Positions 24,554-36,717 of a stretch of DNA of 64,000 bases are shown here, piece by piece. The notes under the pieces are model-generated. The model made no database searches and had not been told where the DNA came from. It saw only the letters and a program-made list of their open reading frames with translations. Source of the DNA: Antedon mediterranea (taxonomy: Eukaryota; Animalia; Echinodermata); contig NC_092680.1 of the NCBI RefSeq assembly GCF_964355755.1, forward strand, positions 15,943,045-16,007,044, read 5' to 3'. Made by a program: the position numbers and the translations under genes. Numbering within the stretch: position 1 is the first letter of the stretch; every line of letters begins with the position of its first letter.

Positions 24554-26253
24554 AAGATGATGAACATATTTTAGTTTTATTTTCCAAACGTCCTTTGATT
24601 GTTGAAGCTATTTTTTTAATTTTTATTTTATTCATTTCGGCAATAAACATAAAATAATAGTTACAAAAACATAGAAAAATAAATATATATGAAGGACAAC
24701 ACACGAAGCCGAGGAGAGACAAAAGCATTAAACAAAACGCTGTCACCGGTAAGGTGTGTGTCTCTCCAACACAAAAATTACAAATAACAAGAATATAGGC
24801 CTATACTAAAATAACAGACATTTCACAAGATAGAAAAAAGGATTTAAAAAGTTAAAAAGTTTCTCTCAGACATTTAAAATAAAGCTTTAGAGATAATTTA
24901 AAATTAATAAATGAACCATTAACAAAAATATCGCGAATCTCATTGGGTATGGAATTCCAAGTTCTAGTGAATCTGGTCGGGATGCAACATTTTGACATAT
25001 CATTACTGGAGCGAAGATGCTTGAACGTGACTTTTCCTTTAAATATTCACTTTTCTCCGTTGTTATTTACTTTATTATGATAATTATGTTTTTGTTTTTT
25101 ATAATTGTTTGTTGATTGTTTCATTTTTGTTGTGTTTGGACACTTTGATTTAAATGTTTATTGATCGGCCGTCCATACATTTTGACTATAATTTTACACG
25201 TGTGGGACATATTTATGCAATTTATAATATACATAACAACTAATTAAATTTCTTTTATTTGATTTAACGACTGTGGGTCGTTAAATAGTACCTTTTTCCG
25301 TTTGTTGACTAATATTGCAAAACAATTATATATATATTTGTTTTTTTATAATATTAAATATTATATTTATTTGGATTGTATAAGAACACCTACTGTAGTT
25401 ATAAGTATGTCAACAAACGACCAAAACACTTCATGCCTAGCTAGGCTAGCCTAACTACTAATAGGTCACGTTGAAATATAACCTTTCACCCTTCACATCA
25501 GGGCATTACCTGTACCACTACTCATACACATTCATTTGTATATTATTTAATAGACCTGTATTATTATTATTTCAGATAAATACATATAAGCATGTTTACT
25601 ATAGAAATTACTAGGCCTACAACATACCCATTACGTAATGAAATACATTCTGACAAAAGGCCTATATATACGAATATATAACAAAATAAACATTCGTCAA
25701 ACGTTTTGTCATACATACAAATACAGTAGGTAGGTTAAATTTTCAATAATAAACATATATTAATCAAATTTTAATTAATTATTCAATCCTTACATATTAC
25801 TAATTAGATATAATTAATTTGACTACTTCTGTTTGTGATTCAGAGAAACTTTAAATGATGTCTTCCCCTCAAATAAACGTGTGTCCGGTGAGATTTAAAC
25901 AAGGACACGTTCATTCTAATTTATATGGCCATTTCTAGAATAGGGAACATTAACTTGATTGGTGACCTCTGAAATACGTGTGTATAATTGTGTATGTCGT
26001 CGTCGCCTGGGCCCGAAACAAACTGTGTCGAGTATTAAACGGTTCAACTTTCTCGCATGCGCACAATGCATTGACTTCCTAAATTGTCGTTAGTGAATCC
26101 ATAAAAATACAATTTTGATTTCCAATTATTTTTATAAATAATACGCAAATGCAGCCTTTTATTGTATAGCTGGCTAGAACTTAAATCTTATCTACCATGA
26201 GTAGATTTATGGACAATACATTAAATGAAATAAATATTTATATCAAGAAAACT

Positions 26254-28068
26254 TTATTTTACACTGTTTCTTATTTCGGCATATTCATTGCCTCGCAATC
26301 TGAGCAAAACTTGCATTAATGTAGGTGAATCATACGGTTTTTCTTTAAATTCCAAATCTGCGTAAACTAAGACATTTTGCTGATGTATTTTCAACCGTCC
26401 AGGATGTGTTTTCCGTTTATCATCTTGTTCGGACATCGCTGCGAGACTCACTTTCCCAACTGAATCGCCTCTGACACGTCCACAGGTCACCGGATGTGAT
26501 TCACTCTGACACACAATGCTTTTAACAGAGCAATTGTTTGAACTATTTGTTGTAATATTGTTATATGACCCATCTTCAATTACAATTTTAGGCTTTATGA
26601 ACAGTTTTTTTTTCGATTTTGGTGATGGTTCTTCATCGATTGCTACTAAATCATAGAATGGTTCGCAATTACTTTTACCTGCTGTTTTGTTTTCAAGTGC
26701 AAATCTAACGCGTTTCTGTTCGTTTGGAGTTGACGAATTTCTATTAAGGTTTCGACTTATTCTTGCAAACAGTTGCATGAAACTAAATCTACCATCTACT
26801 GTTGAGGCATTTTGTAGGACTGCATCCGATTCTCTGGGCGGTGCATCCCTGCTGATAGATTGTTTTTTTTTTCGAATAATTATAACCGCAATTACAACCA
26901 TTGCCAATATAAGAACACCTCCTCCGGCTAATCCACTCCCCAGTTCAATATTGCTACGTAGTCTCCCCTTACTATCAGGTACATACGCGTTAGTAGTGTC
27001 CTTGTAGTATACAGATGTACTGTGGGTACGTGGAATAATGTTTTTAATTGTAGTGGTAGGCGAAGAAGGAATCACCACACTTGGGCTAGGCAAAGACACG
27101 TGTAATACAGCATGCGTCGAAACACGTCGTCTGGTGTCGGTAATAACTTCGCACATGATGCGGGTTTTGTCGTCACCGGGTTGAATATTTTTTATTTGTA
27201 ATATTTTACGTTCGTTTATTAACTCAACACGTCGACTAGTTAGTAACATATTGTTGGTAATTGACCAACTATAACGTGGTCGTTCGGTTGTTTTTAAACC
27301 TTGCACATTGCAGGTAAAACGGGCTTCCTCCCCTACTTGTGTTCTGAATATAGATGGCGAGATATGTACCTTTAACGACGCCTTTTGTGGGAAAATAAGG
27401 GGTACAATCCTACATGACTTATATTGACCTGTTATTAAGTCAGTAACGTTGCATATAAAAGCAACACCATAATCGTCATGTGATAAAATGAAATTATATG
27501 ACAGATACTGATCCCCAACTATGTTTACTAGTGTTGCTCCGTGTCTGCTCCACGTAATTTGTGTATTAGGGGTTGTTCCTGCCGAACCGGCATCACAATT
27601 CAAATCGACTGAATCGTAAGGTGCGATCAAGTCTAGCGATTGATCAGCGTAGCAATTGGGATGCACCTCCACCGTTGAGTCCCGAAACACATCTAATTTA
27701 GCTGATTGTAGGCTATGTACAGTTGTATTTCTAATGTATCCACATGTATACATCCCAATATCAGTCACTTGCACATCAACAATGTTAAGATCAAAAGTGT
27801 TACCCGATAAAGGTGTTACGGAATAGCGACTTCCAAGTTTAGAATCAAGCAGTCTATTAATCTGTCTATCATAGCTTAGTATTGTCTGCGATCCATATTT
27901 CCATATAACTAGTTCATTAGATCCTTTATCTGCAATTTCACAACGAAGTCGGACGATTTGAGACGGTGACGCAGCGAAGTGTGTAGGTCCTAATATAAGG
28001 CGGATGCCGGTACATTCACACATAACCAGAAACACACAGAACAATGTACAAATACTTGAAGTCTTCAT
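26254..28068 (-). CDS. Intronless IgSF receptor C (V-C2-Ig-TM, ITIM + ITSM-like tail)
   Basis: First ATG at 28068 (MKTSS; the ORF track starts at a GTG). V domain LRC..VIW..FDLNI..DIGMYTC, then two more Ig domains. TM GLAGGGVLILAMVVIAVIII. Tail has KRVRF, LVYADL, NEYAEI. Confidence 0.92.
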   Translation of the reverse strand: MKTSSICTLFCVFLVMCECTGIRLILGPTHFAASPSQIVRLRCEIADKGSNELVIWKYGSQTILSYDRQINRLLDSKLGSRYSVTPLSGNTFDLNIVDVQVTDIGMYTCGYIRNTTVHSLQSAKLDVFRDSTVEVHPNCYADQSLDLIAPYDSVDLNCDAGSAGTTPNTQITWSRHGATLVNIVGDQYLSYNFILSHDDYGVAFICNVTDLITGQYKSCRIVPLIFPQKASLKVHISPSIFRTQVGEEARFTCNVQGLKTTERPRYSWSITNNMLLTSRRVELINERKILQIKNIQPGDDKTRIMCEVITDTRRRVSTHAVLHVSLPSPSVVIPSSPTTTIKNIIPRTHSTSVYYKDTTNAYVPDSKGRLRSNIELGSGLAGGGVLILAMVVIAVIIIRKKKQSISRDAPPRESDAVLQNASTVDGRFSFMQLFARISRNLNRNSSTPNEQKRVRFALENKTAGKSNCEPFYDLVAIDEEPSPKSKKKLFIKPKIVIEDGSYNNITTNSSNNCSVKSIVCQSESHPVTCGRVRGDSVGKVSLAAMSEQDDKRKTHPGRLKIHQQNVLVYADLEFKEKPYDSPTLMQVLLRLRGNEYAEIRNSVK

Positions 28069-29438
28069 ACTATTTTCAAACACATTAGCAACGTTTACTA
28101 TCTGCTTCGATGCAGTAATATTTCATGTAGCTGCATAGCGAGACAAATTTCACCGGCTCGCATTATCACTTTCATATTCTCCTTGCCTCTGACCTGATTA
28201 TATGGCTGGTTGTGATACGTACAAACTTATCAGACTTTGCTTTAAATACATATTATTAATAATTTCCGCATCCTTTAGTGCTAATAAAGGTGTAGGGTAA
28301 GAAACCTAGTCTCGGTGAATTAGAACTATAACGGCAGATAATTCATATCTAAATACACTACCTCCATTATCACAGTCGGCTAGCTGTACGTATTACCCAA
28401 TGGGACGCTGACAAACGTGTCCCAGGGCAAATTTAATTTTGTGGCCGGAAGGTTATCTTTGAAAAGGTCTAACGGTGTTGAATCTGTTCATATTCATGAG
28501 TAACTTTGGTTATATGTTTAACATTGGACGATTTTAATAGGTCAGTCGAGTCAGTTCCCAGGCAACACAAAATATAAGTCATGGGTGGTGTGCGTGTGTG
28601 TTGTAAGATACGGTATAACATGTCCGAACAATGCATTTTACGTCACGCTTGCATTGTAATAATAGTGTAGGCTGGTATGTCGTTTATATGAATGTCGTGT
28701 ATATTTTTTGTTAAAAGCAAACTTTGACTTTATTTCATATCTTGATAATATAAGGAATGAAAAAAAATATGTTGCCATTTTTTCAAAAGACCTTTAAAGG
28801 ACCAAATTCAAGATGGCCGCCAACATTCAAATAACCCTATTAAAAATTAGAATATCACCAATAATACAAATTATGAATGTGGAACAAGTCCGTTTTGATG
28901 GTATTACTGTACCCATTATACAATCCTAACTATGTAAAGCGATAATCTGTCGGCCATCTTGGATTTCAAAATGGCCGCCACTAAAAATTAAATTCTTTAA
29001 ATAATTTTTTTTTAAATGTGTGCATAAATTGTTGTTTGTACACAATGTTCTAAAATTGTTGTCACTTCTCACAGGATTGTAAACTGTAAATATAAGGCTA
29101 AAGTTGTCAATGTCCTGTATAACAGATATATAATACCCCACTATGACTATTAAATTAAATAATCGTTCAAAGTTGGAGTTGCAAAAGTATGGAACAAATT
29201 AACAATTTATATCAAATATTCAACATCAATTACGTCTAACTAGAGGGTTAGACCTCTAGTTCGCTAGCTCCCATCTAGGAAGTGTAAACGAAGGTTCTCG
29301 GAAGGATAATGACTCGGGTAAAAATGTTTTAGAAGGACGTTCTCCTTGTACGTTTTCTGTCGGTTACCATTATTGAAAATGCTTGACATTTGAAAAACTA
29401 AACCTACTCTGTTTCACAGTGTCTTAGATGATTAATAA

Positions 29439-29440
<2 letters not shown>

Positions 29441-29472
<32 letters not shown>

Positions 29473-32390
29473 CATTTTTTTTTATTCATTTTAAAAAATA
29501 CAACCATAACACAAATCACTTAAATATAAAGTAATAGGTATCAAAAAGATATGAACGTTTAAATAAAGTAACTTACAGTGATCAAACAATATTAAAAACT
29601 ATAAATTATTAATTCCATTTTTTTTTTAAAGTAAATAATTAATTAATTTGGTAAATGCTGTGTTTTCCACAATTATGTAACTAATCTAACTAAATATAAT
29701 TGTATTAATCAAATTAGCCAGAGATATACATTTACTAACATATTAATTTTTTTTTTGTCTTTACATAGCAATAATAAATAATACTCATATCTATACATAC
29801 ACATACATACACACAAATATATCTTAATCTGTACTATTACCAATGAACTATAATATAATTGTGTTAATTAAAATCAGATACATACATTTAACAACATAAC
29901 CATTTTTGTTTCTTTAAAATAATACATATATATTAATAAAATACATATTTTTAATTATCTGTATTGTAACCAAGGAACTAATAGTATGCCTATAATAAAT
30001 ACTTAAATATATCTAACAAGTGCAAATAATAATTTCTGGTTTACATTTTAATTTAATACAATAATAAAGAGCAAGCGTAATAATAATAATAATACACAAA
30101 AGTAAGTCATTTCCTCGAGAAACAGTATCGTTAAGTTATCAAATATAATCTTCTATTAATCTCCACTTTTGTCTGAAATTATACAATGTACTTCTTTTAG
30201 AAGCAATGTTTTTCTCTACGTTATAATTAAATTTTAACCGATTAAAGAAAACCTGGAAGACTGGCTTTTTGTGAGTTAATTTGTAACTAAATATAATTTT
30301 CTTAATCAACAAAATACATAGATTTAATAACATATCAGGATTTTCTGTATTGTAACCAAATAATATGGAGGTTTTATCAAGGTAAATCTTTGTTTTTGAA
30401 ATGTTTTCCCACCAAGTTGTGAATTCATCCCATAGTTTGGTTGCAATGTTACATTCAACCAAAAGATGGGTCATAGTTTCACTATTTGATTCACAATAGG
30501 AACACATATTACTCGGCACAATATTCATTTTATGTAGTCTACTATTAGTTGACAAGCAATTCACATTAATTTTATACTGAAATATTCTGGTTCTTACCTC
30601 CTGAGAACATTTAAATGGTAATACATAGATATTTTCCCATTTATCGCTATCTACACCTAATTCATCCTGCAATTTACTTTGAGATGTTGGTATTTTAAAG
30701 ATTTTTTTAATTAAGGCTCTGTATATATTTTTTGTACTCATACTTTCTAATTCTTTCTCTTCATTCTTTACTTCCACTATAAACCCTCTCTTTTTATAAT
30801 TTGTTCGTAAAAACCCTAGCTTCATGTTTGCTTTCCACTGTGGGGGTATTGCAGATATCGTCATTCTCCAGTGCATGAAATTACTTGTCGATAAGCCTCT
30901 CTTTATCCACGTATTAAAGGGAATGATATTACCGTTTTCATAAAAAAGGTCGCTTACTAAACATATCCCAACATCTCTGAGGCTCTTGTAATAAAATGGC
31001 TTGCCATGTATATGCATGTGCCTATTAAACCATATATATTGGGACCCTTCGTTTACTGTATCAGGATGTATTAATTCGAAATAAGCGTTTAACATATCCT
31101 TATAAAACAATGGAATATTTTTCCAACTACGGACACAGTCCGCGCTTACATTACAATAAAAAATAGTGTCGCCTCCTTGCTTATTTAGGAACCTATGTAG
31201 TAGAGATCTCCATGCTGCATTGACATTTATGTTATATCGTTGTATCCATTTTACCTTTAATGCCTTAAACATACTTTTGATATCTACCATTTTTAAGCCG
31301 CCTTCTTCAATATTCCCAATTAATGTTGTTCTTTTTATCATACCTTTACCACCGTTCCATAAGAAATTAAATAGAATTGTTTCAATTGATTTAACTACAT
31401 GGGGCGGTATATGTATGACAGATGCTAAATATATAAATTGGGATATTGCGAATGTTTTAATTAAAATTATTTTTCCTGCTAAGGTTAGTTGTCTGGTTCT
31501 CCATATGTTTAATATTGTTTTTAGTTGTTTAATTTTCGTTTCGAAATTACATTTTTCCCGTTGTCTTTCATTATAAGAAAAGTAAACTCCTAATGCTTTT
31601 ACTGGTTGTTGTGGCCATTGCATATGTATTGGTTTGTTTTTACATCGCCTATTTGAACCAAGCCATATAGCCTGCGATTTGCTTATATTTAATTTCAAGC
31701 CCGATATTTTTGAAAATTTCTCTATTAAGTTAATTATATTTTTTGCTGACACTTCATCTTTCAAAAAGCATGTGGAGTCGTCTGCATATTGAGTTATTTT
31801 AATTTCTCTATTATTTACTGCAATCCCCTTAATAGTTTTATCGTCTCGTATGGCACATGCTAGTAATTCTATTGATAGGATAAATAAGTAAGGGCTGAGG
31901 GGGTCACCCTGTCGTACACCCCTTCCAACTGGAAAATAACTTGATGACTGCCCATTATTTATCACGCAACTACTTATATCAGTATATAATGCTTTTATGA
32001 ATTGAATAAATTTTTCTCCGAGGTTTACTTTTTTTAAAACCTGAAACAAAAAACCCCATTCAAGCGAATCGAATGCTTTTTCATAGTCCAAAAAAAGCAT
32101 AATTCCTGGAATATTTTTTATTTTGGTAAACTCCATAATATCTTCAATTGTTCGTACTGACTCGCCAATGTATCGGCCCTTTACAAAACCGGTTTGATCA
32201 ATGTGGATAAGGGAAGGAATAAACTGGCTCAATCTAGTGGATAGTGCTTTCGATGCTATTTTGTAGTCCACATTTAGTAATGATATGGGTCTCCAATTCT
32301 TTAATTTGCATCGGTCTTTGCCTTCTTTTTCAATAAGAGTTATTACCGCCTGTCTCTGTGAGGTACTCATTTTTCCGCTATTTAAACCTA
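29441..32390 (-). mobile_element. 5'-truncated Tx1/L1-clade LINE with poly(A) tail and TSD
   Basis: Poly(T) on + strand at 29441-29472. TAATAACA(TTTT) is duplicated at 29433 and 32391, and the right copy is followed by AA (TTTT/AA endonuclease site). Confidence 0.88.
30139..32370 (-). CDS. LINE ORF2 fragment: RT plus C-terminal zinc knuckle
   Basis: NWRPISLLNVDYKI, DQTGF, LDYEKAFD, GVRQGDPLSP, QYADD; CSYC..H....C near the C-terminus. The Met is internal to a truncated ORF2. Confidence 0.9.
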   Translation of the reverse strand: MSTSQRQAVITLIEKEGKDRCKLKNWRPISLLNVDYKIASKALSTRLSQFIPSLIHIDQTGFVKGRYIGESVRTIEDIMEFTKIKNIPGIMLFLDYEKAFDSLEWGFLFQVLKKVNLGEKFIQFIKALYTDISSCVINNGQSSSYFPVGRGVRQGDPLSPYLFILSIELLACAIRDDKTIKGIAVNNREIKITQYADDSTCFLKDEVSAKNIINLIEKFSKISGLKLNISKSQAIWLGSNRRCKNKPIHMQWPQQPVKALGVYFSYNERQREKCNFETKIKQLKTILNIWRTRQLTLAGKIILIKTFAISQFIYLASVIHIPPHVVKSIETILFNFLWNGGKGMIKRTTLIGNIEEGGLKMVDIKSMFKALKVKWIQRYNINVNAAWRSLLHRFLNKQGGDTIFYCNVSADCVRSWKNIPLFYKDMLNAYFELIHPDTVNEGSQYIWFNRHMHIHGKPFYYKSLRDVGICLVSDLFYENGNIIPFNTWIKRGLSTSNFMHWRMTISAIPPQWKANMKLGFLRTNYKKRGFIVEVKNEEKELESMSTKNIYRALIKKIFKIPTSQSKLQDELGVDSDKWENIYVLPFKCSQEVRTRIFQYKINVNCLSTNSRLHKMNIVPSNMCSYCESNSETMTHLLVECNIATKLWDEFTTWWENISKTKIYLDKTSILFGYNTENPDMLLNLCILLIKKIIFSYKLTHKKPVFQVFFNRLKFNYNVEKNIASKRSTLYNFRQKWRLIEDYI

Positions 32391-35300
32391 TAATAACATT
32401 TTAAAGTATAGTGTTTATTGTTTAATAGGGCGGAGGTGGGGAGGCAGAGTTCATTTGAGGGAGATGCTTATTCGAGGAATTTTTTAGTTTTAATAATATC
32501 GTAACATTTATAATCAAATAAAATCCTCTAATAGATATGAAAAGTGGTAAAAAATTATAACAAATGCTTGGTAAATTATAGTTAACAGTGTAATGAATTC
32601 TATTATAAATAGTATATACAATATTGTGTGTATAATTAATGTAGATGGGCGTTTATTAGATAGTTGGGTAGGTGGGGGGGGGGGGGGTGTAGGCGATTAT
32701 TATTCAAAGTGATGTTTTATTGGGAGGCGTTTATTCAAATAAATACCATCATAATACATTATTTCATTTAAACATCTTTTAAAACTAACTTCCGCGACAG
32801 TGTAGGCCGTTTCGGCCCAAGAAGGAAGATGTTTTTAGACTGCTTGCAATATGGGCCCTAATGGGACACAGATAGCCTACAGTTATTCCTGCCAGCTTAC
32901 TCAATAAAACTCGGCTATCGGGATTTTATTTTTTAACTACTGTACCTTCACACGCGCGGTCCGATCCGAAAATAAACAAAAAACTAAAATAGCTATAGCC
33001 ACTAACGACCAACTTAACTGAAACCAGGTAGTTGCAAGGTGAACCTGTGAACTCATCGTGAACCTGGAAATTACTTTGACCGCGTACAATTGAAATTGAG
33101 TTGAAAATCTACCGATGAATCAGAAATTTTGTTTAAAACTCTTTATAATATATTCCTAAGATAGAAATATGGAACAATATCGTAATAGTGAAAACTGTTT
33201 TACATTTCGCGGTACACCTGAGATAGTTCAGGTAGGTATCCAAGGCAGAAATTTGTTCCAAAGTTTTTCCATTGTGCTCGCCTATGTCAGAATTAACCAT
33301 AATTTATATATAGATTCTAAATTACAGATCTCATTTCTTTTCATGAACCTGAAACTTGACAGGAGACAGGACCACAATATACAACAAGTGCATTTATAAC
33401 TTATTGTGAAATCCTGTATAAATATGTTAAATAATAAATGCGTTATTGCTATGTAATTCAATGTCTGAACCTTCAGGGCCATAGTCACCAGTATGGTTGG
33501 TAAGTTTTCAACCTGTCAACTTTTGGCAGAAGCTTGAAGGAAATACAGATACACCTCTGCCTATAAATAACCTTGTAAATGAATGAACTCCTACTTCTCA
33601 TCTTCTACAATCTCAACCAATTTCATTAGATATGTACCCCCTACAGACAGACCAGCATTATACACTGGGTTGATGAGTGCACATGGTTGTGGTATAAAAA
33701 CTCATGTACTAGGGAAAGACAAGAATGCCTGGTGATGACTCTTGCCCAAGATGAGTGGAGGTGGACAGAGATGACATCAAAAAGCAATTAGTATGTCGAC
33801 CCGGTGAACTATATGGCTTTTGGACATGTAGCATTGTGAGAATAGTGTTGAGGCAGGTGCTTTTGTTGAAACTGAACTTGTATTACCTATACAACCAGTG
33901 ACACAAATCGGGACACAAATATCTTAAATGGAAAACATCTGTAAAGGACAAAACCACACTAATTCTGCTTTCTCTCTACAACTTGCTTCTACAAATGCAG
34001 ACGGAGAAAGAGATTCTAAGTTAAGTATGTATATGAGAGGACATGTATGTGTGGGACTTGCTGGATTTACACCAATTGATCAGGGTCATTGAGCATGGTA
34101 TCATTGGAATAACACAAATTAATGATTTCATCAGAGCTGGCAAATCTAGTTAACATTTAAAGAGAGATGATATCCCGGTTAATGAAGAATGCTGCAATTC
34201 GCACACAGGTGTTTGTTGGCCATGGCATGATGAAATTGGACAGAAAATGTTTGAGGCATTGGTAAAAGTCTTGTAGAAGGCAAACTGTCTATATGGGATC
34301 CTAAGAAAAAGACGAATATTGGCAAAAAAAATATATATGACGGTGAATACAGGTGACAAACTTATCAAAGTAAAAGAAGACTCCTATAGAGATTATTTGC
34401 CGGTGAAATGAGGTCTTTCAGTTATTTTGCCAATTTGTTTCTGAACAAGGTTGTTGGGAACGGAGATCAGTCTGTGGAAGTTTGATGGATACAGTAGTAG
34501 AGAACGAAGGAAGGTCAACTTACTGTATCGCATTCAAGATTAGAAATATTTCATTGAAGGACTTTGGCAGAGTTAGTTGTCATTTAACTGAAGAAGTTTA
34601 TGAGATGTTTTAATATGAAGAAGTGTACAGTCAGTACTATAGACCTCCTGATGGTCAACATTTTGTGTTAATCACCATGTTGTTGTCATAAGCATATCAT
34701 TTTGTATATTTCAATCTAATTTTATTTAACAAGTTTTAATAAGAAATTTAACCCATTTAAAAAAAAAATGTTGTTTTATTTGATTTTATGTGATTTCAAT
34801 CAACGTCATAACTTGCACATGTTTTAATAAGAAATTTAATCCATTTTTAAAAAAATGGCGGCCATTTTGAAATTCAAAATGTCAGAATACTAATGAATAT
34901 AGGTTTATAATAATTCTTATATAGCAGAGAACCCATATGAACTTAAAATATTATTCATAATGGGTGTTACTTTGTCCAATATGGTACATTTATTGGATAT
35001 TTTACGTATTGGCGGCCATCTTGGATTTGACACCCTTAAGCTTTTTTAAAAAAATGGCAACATATTTTTTTCATTACTTTACATCCTAAAGACACTAAAT
35101 CAGCTGGAATTTTGCTTTTAACAAAAAAATGACACGAAATTACATAGTGGCCTACACTATAAGCTGCTAATGCATTTCTTTCTGTTGCAAGATTGTTAAA
35201 CAACTTTTTTCTATTGGTGGAAATAATATCAAGATGTTATTTTATAAATTTAGTTTATTTTCTCAAGAAATGCCGACTTAATATGATTAGGAAGATACTA

Positions 35301-35723
35301 ATGAACGGACTTTAATCGTATATCATACTGACTCAGACTTTAGTCATCCCACTAACTTATTCCTATTCTAAATTATGTGTGATATTTCAGCAATAAACGT
35401 TTCAGACAAACAATTCATCACCCCGCCCCAAAATCCGAGCATATTTAAAATAGACATAAGTTATTTAACAACTGTATAAAATACGTAACATTTTCAACAA
35501 TTGTCAGCAATAGATGGAATTGTGAAAATACGTTCACAATTGAATTAAATTAGGTATAATTCATAACAAACCGTTGAGGGAGCTAATTTTACTATGTTTA
35601 TACAGTTTTTTTATATTACTGTAGGCGGATAATTCTGCAAAATCAATCATGCATTGATTAACCGCTGGCGACTTAAAAAAAAATTCAAAATTTCAAAATA
35701 TAATAATTTTAATATAGGCTATA

Positions 35724-35885
35724 TATCGTTTAAAATTAATTAATTACATTTTCAGTATATCACCGGGCGGTTTAGAATTAATGTTCTTTGCCTGATTTGT
35801 TTATATAAACACATTAGGCAAAGAACATTAATTGTAAACCGCTCGGTGATATACTGAAAATTTAATTAATTAATTTGAAACGATA
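35724..35885. repeat. ~160-bp near-perfect inverted repeat (hairpin)
   Basis: TATCGTTT..CAGTATATCACCGGGCGGTTTA..GTTCTTTGCCT is mirrored by AGGCAAAGAAC..TAAACCGCTCGGTGATATACTG..AAACGATA. Confidence 0.9.
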
Positions 35886-35915
35886 ATGAGGAAATCTGTG
35901 AGAATGAGAAAAAGT

Positions 35916-35987
35916 CGCCCCAACCGAGACTCGAACTCGGACCGCCTGCTTGATATGCAGATGTCCTAACCATTATACCACTGGGGC
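35916..35987 (-). tRNA. tRNA-like gene with ATC (Asp) anticodon; probably repeat-associated or a pseudogene
   Basis: Minus strand GCCCCAG-TG-GTATAATGGTTAGGAC-A-TCTGC-ATATCAA-GCAGG-CGGT-CCGAG-TTCGAGT-CTCGG-TTGGGGC-G. Acceptor, anticodon and T stems pair; A and B boxes present; TTTTT follows. Confidence 0.55.
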
Positions 35988-36717
35988 TTTCATGGTATTG
36001 TTCAAACTCGTTGGTTTGGTGCAAATTGATATTTTAATTTGATTGTATTGAAGATGCTATTGTTAATACTTTGGTAATATAAATCTATGCTTCATAACCT
36101 AGGCCTAATCCCATTCAAAGGATAAAGAAAGTAAGCTACTAATATTACACTGGGCATTTTTTCTCATTTTCATTACTATCCGAGATAAAGAAATAGAATG
36201 AATAACAAGCAAGATTAGTTTTGAAACAACAAATTGATTTAGGGCTAGAATAAGCTAAACATTTTGGTCAGCAAGCGTATCTAGCTCAGGCTTATATTGT
36301 TTGGTCCTAGTAAGTACAATAAGGACGGTTTCTCTATACGTTGATAAAAATTGATTATATTCTGAATTACGTATACCGATTTCCCACAATTTTGCACTAC
36401 ATAAACGGAACACCAAGTAATTCTTTTCAGTTGCATAAGTACCGTGATTTTACCAAAACAGGTTATCAACTGACAGCAAGACTTTCTATGAACATTATAT
36501 TTTATTTTGCAGTCAGGCTTGCTCTATGTGTGTGTGTGTGAGACTGTGAATGAAACACAAATATAGATGATATAATGATTTGGATAATTAATATTTATTC
36601 TGAAAAGTCCAGTGAGCACGGATCACGGCAAAATATACCTATTGCCCTCTTTGGGGGATAAGTGATTAAGTAGAAAACCTATTTTATTAATTTATATATA
36701 TTTTAGGTGTACCAATT

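Larger units (their letters stand above)
28663..35159 (+). mobile_element. Decayed Academ-like DNA transposon
   Basis: Termini TAGTGTAGG...CCTACACTA; imperfect TIRs over >150 bp containing CAAGATGGCCGCC; 3-bp TSD TAA (28660-28662, 35160-35162). Broken + strand coding remnants at ~34050-34400 (DQ..E..GIIGITQ; GQKMFE; LSIWDP.KK; KVKED) resemble Academ transposase as I recall it. Confidence 0.7.

Noticed and set aside
26461-26475. RGDS in receptor C (and RGD in D2 of receptor B)
   Set aside because: The C motif is cytoplasmic. The B motif directly follows the core Trp strand and is not conserved in paralogues.
3068-32370. RT ORFs as part of a receptor-diversifying system (DGR-like)
   Set aside because: Both are ordinary 5'-truncated LINEs with typical 3' tails and no endonuclease. 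Cassette differences are not adenine-specific.
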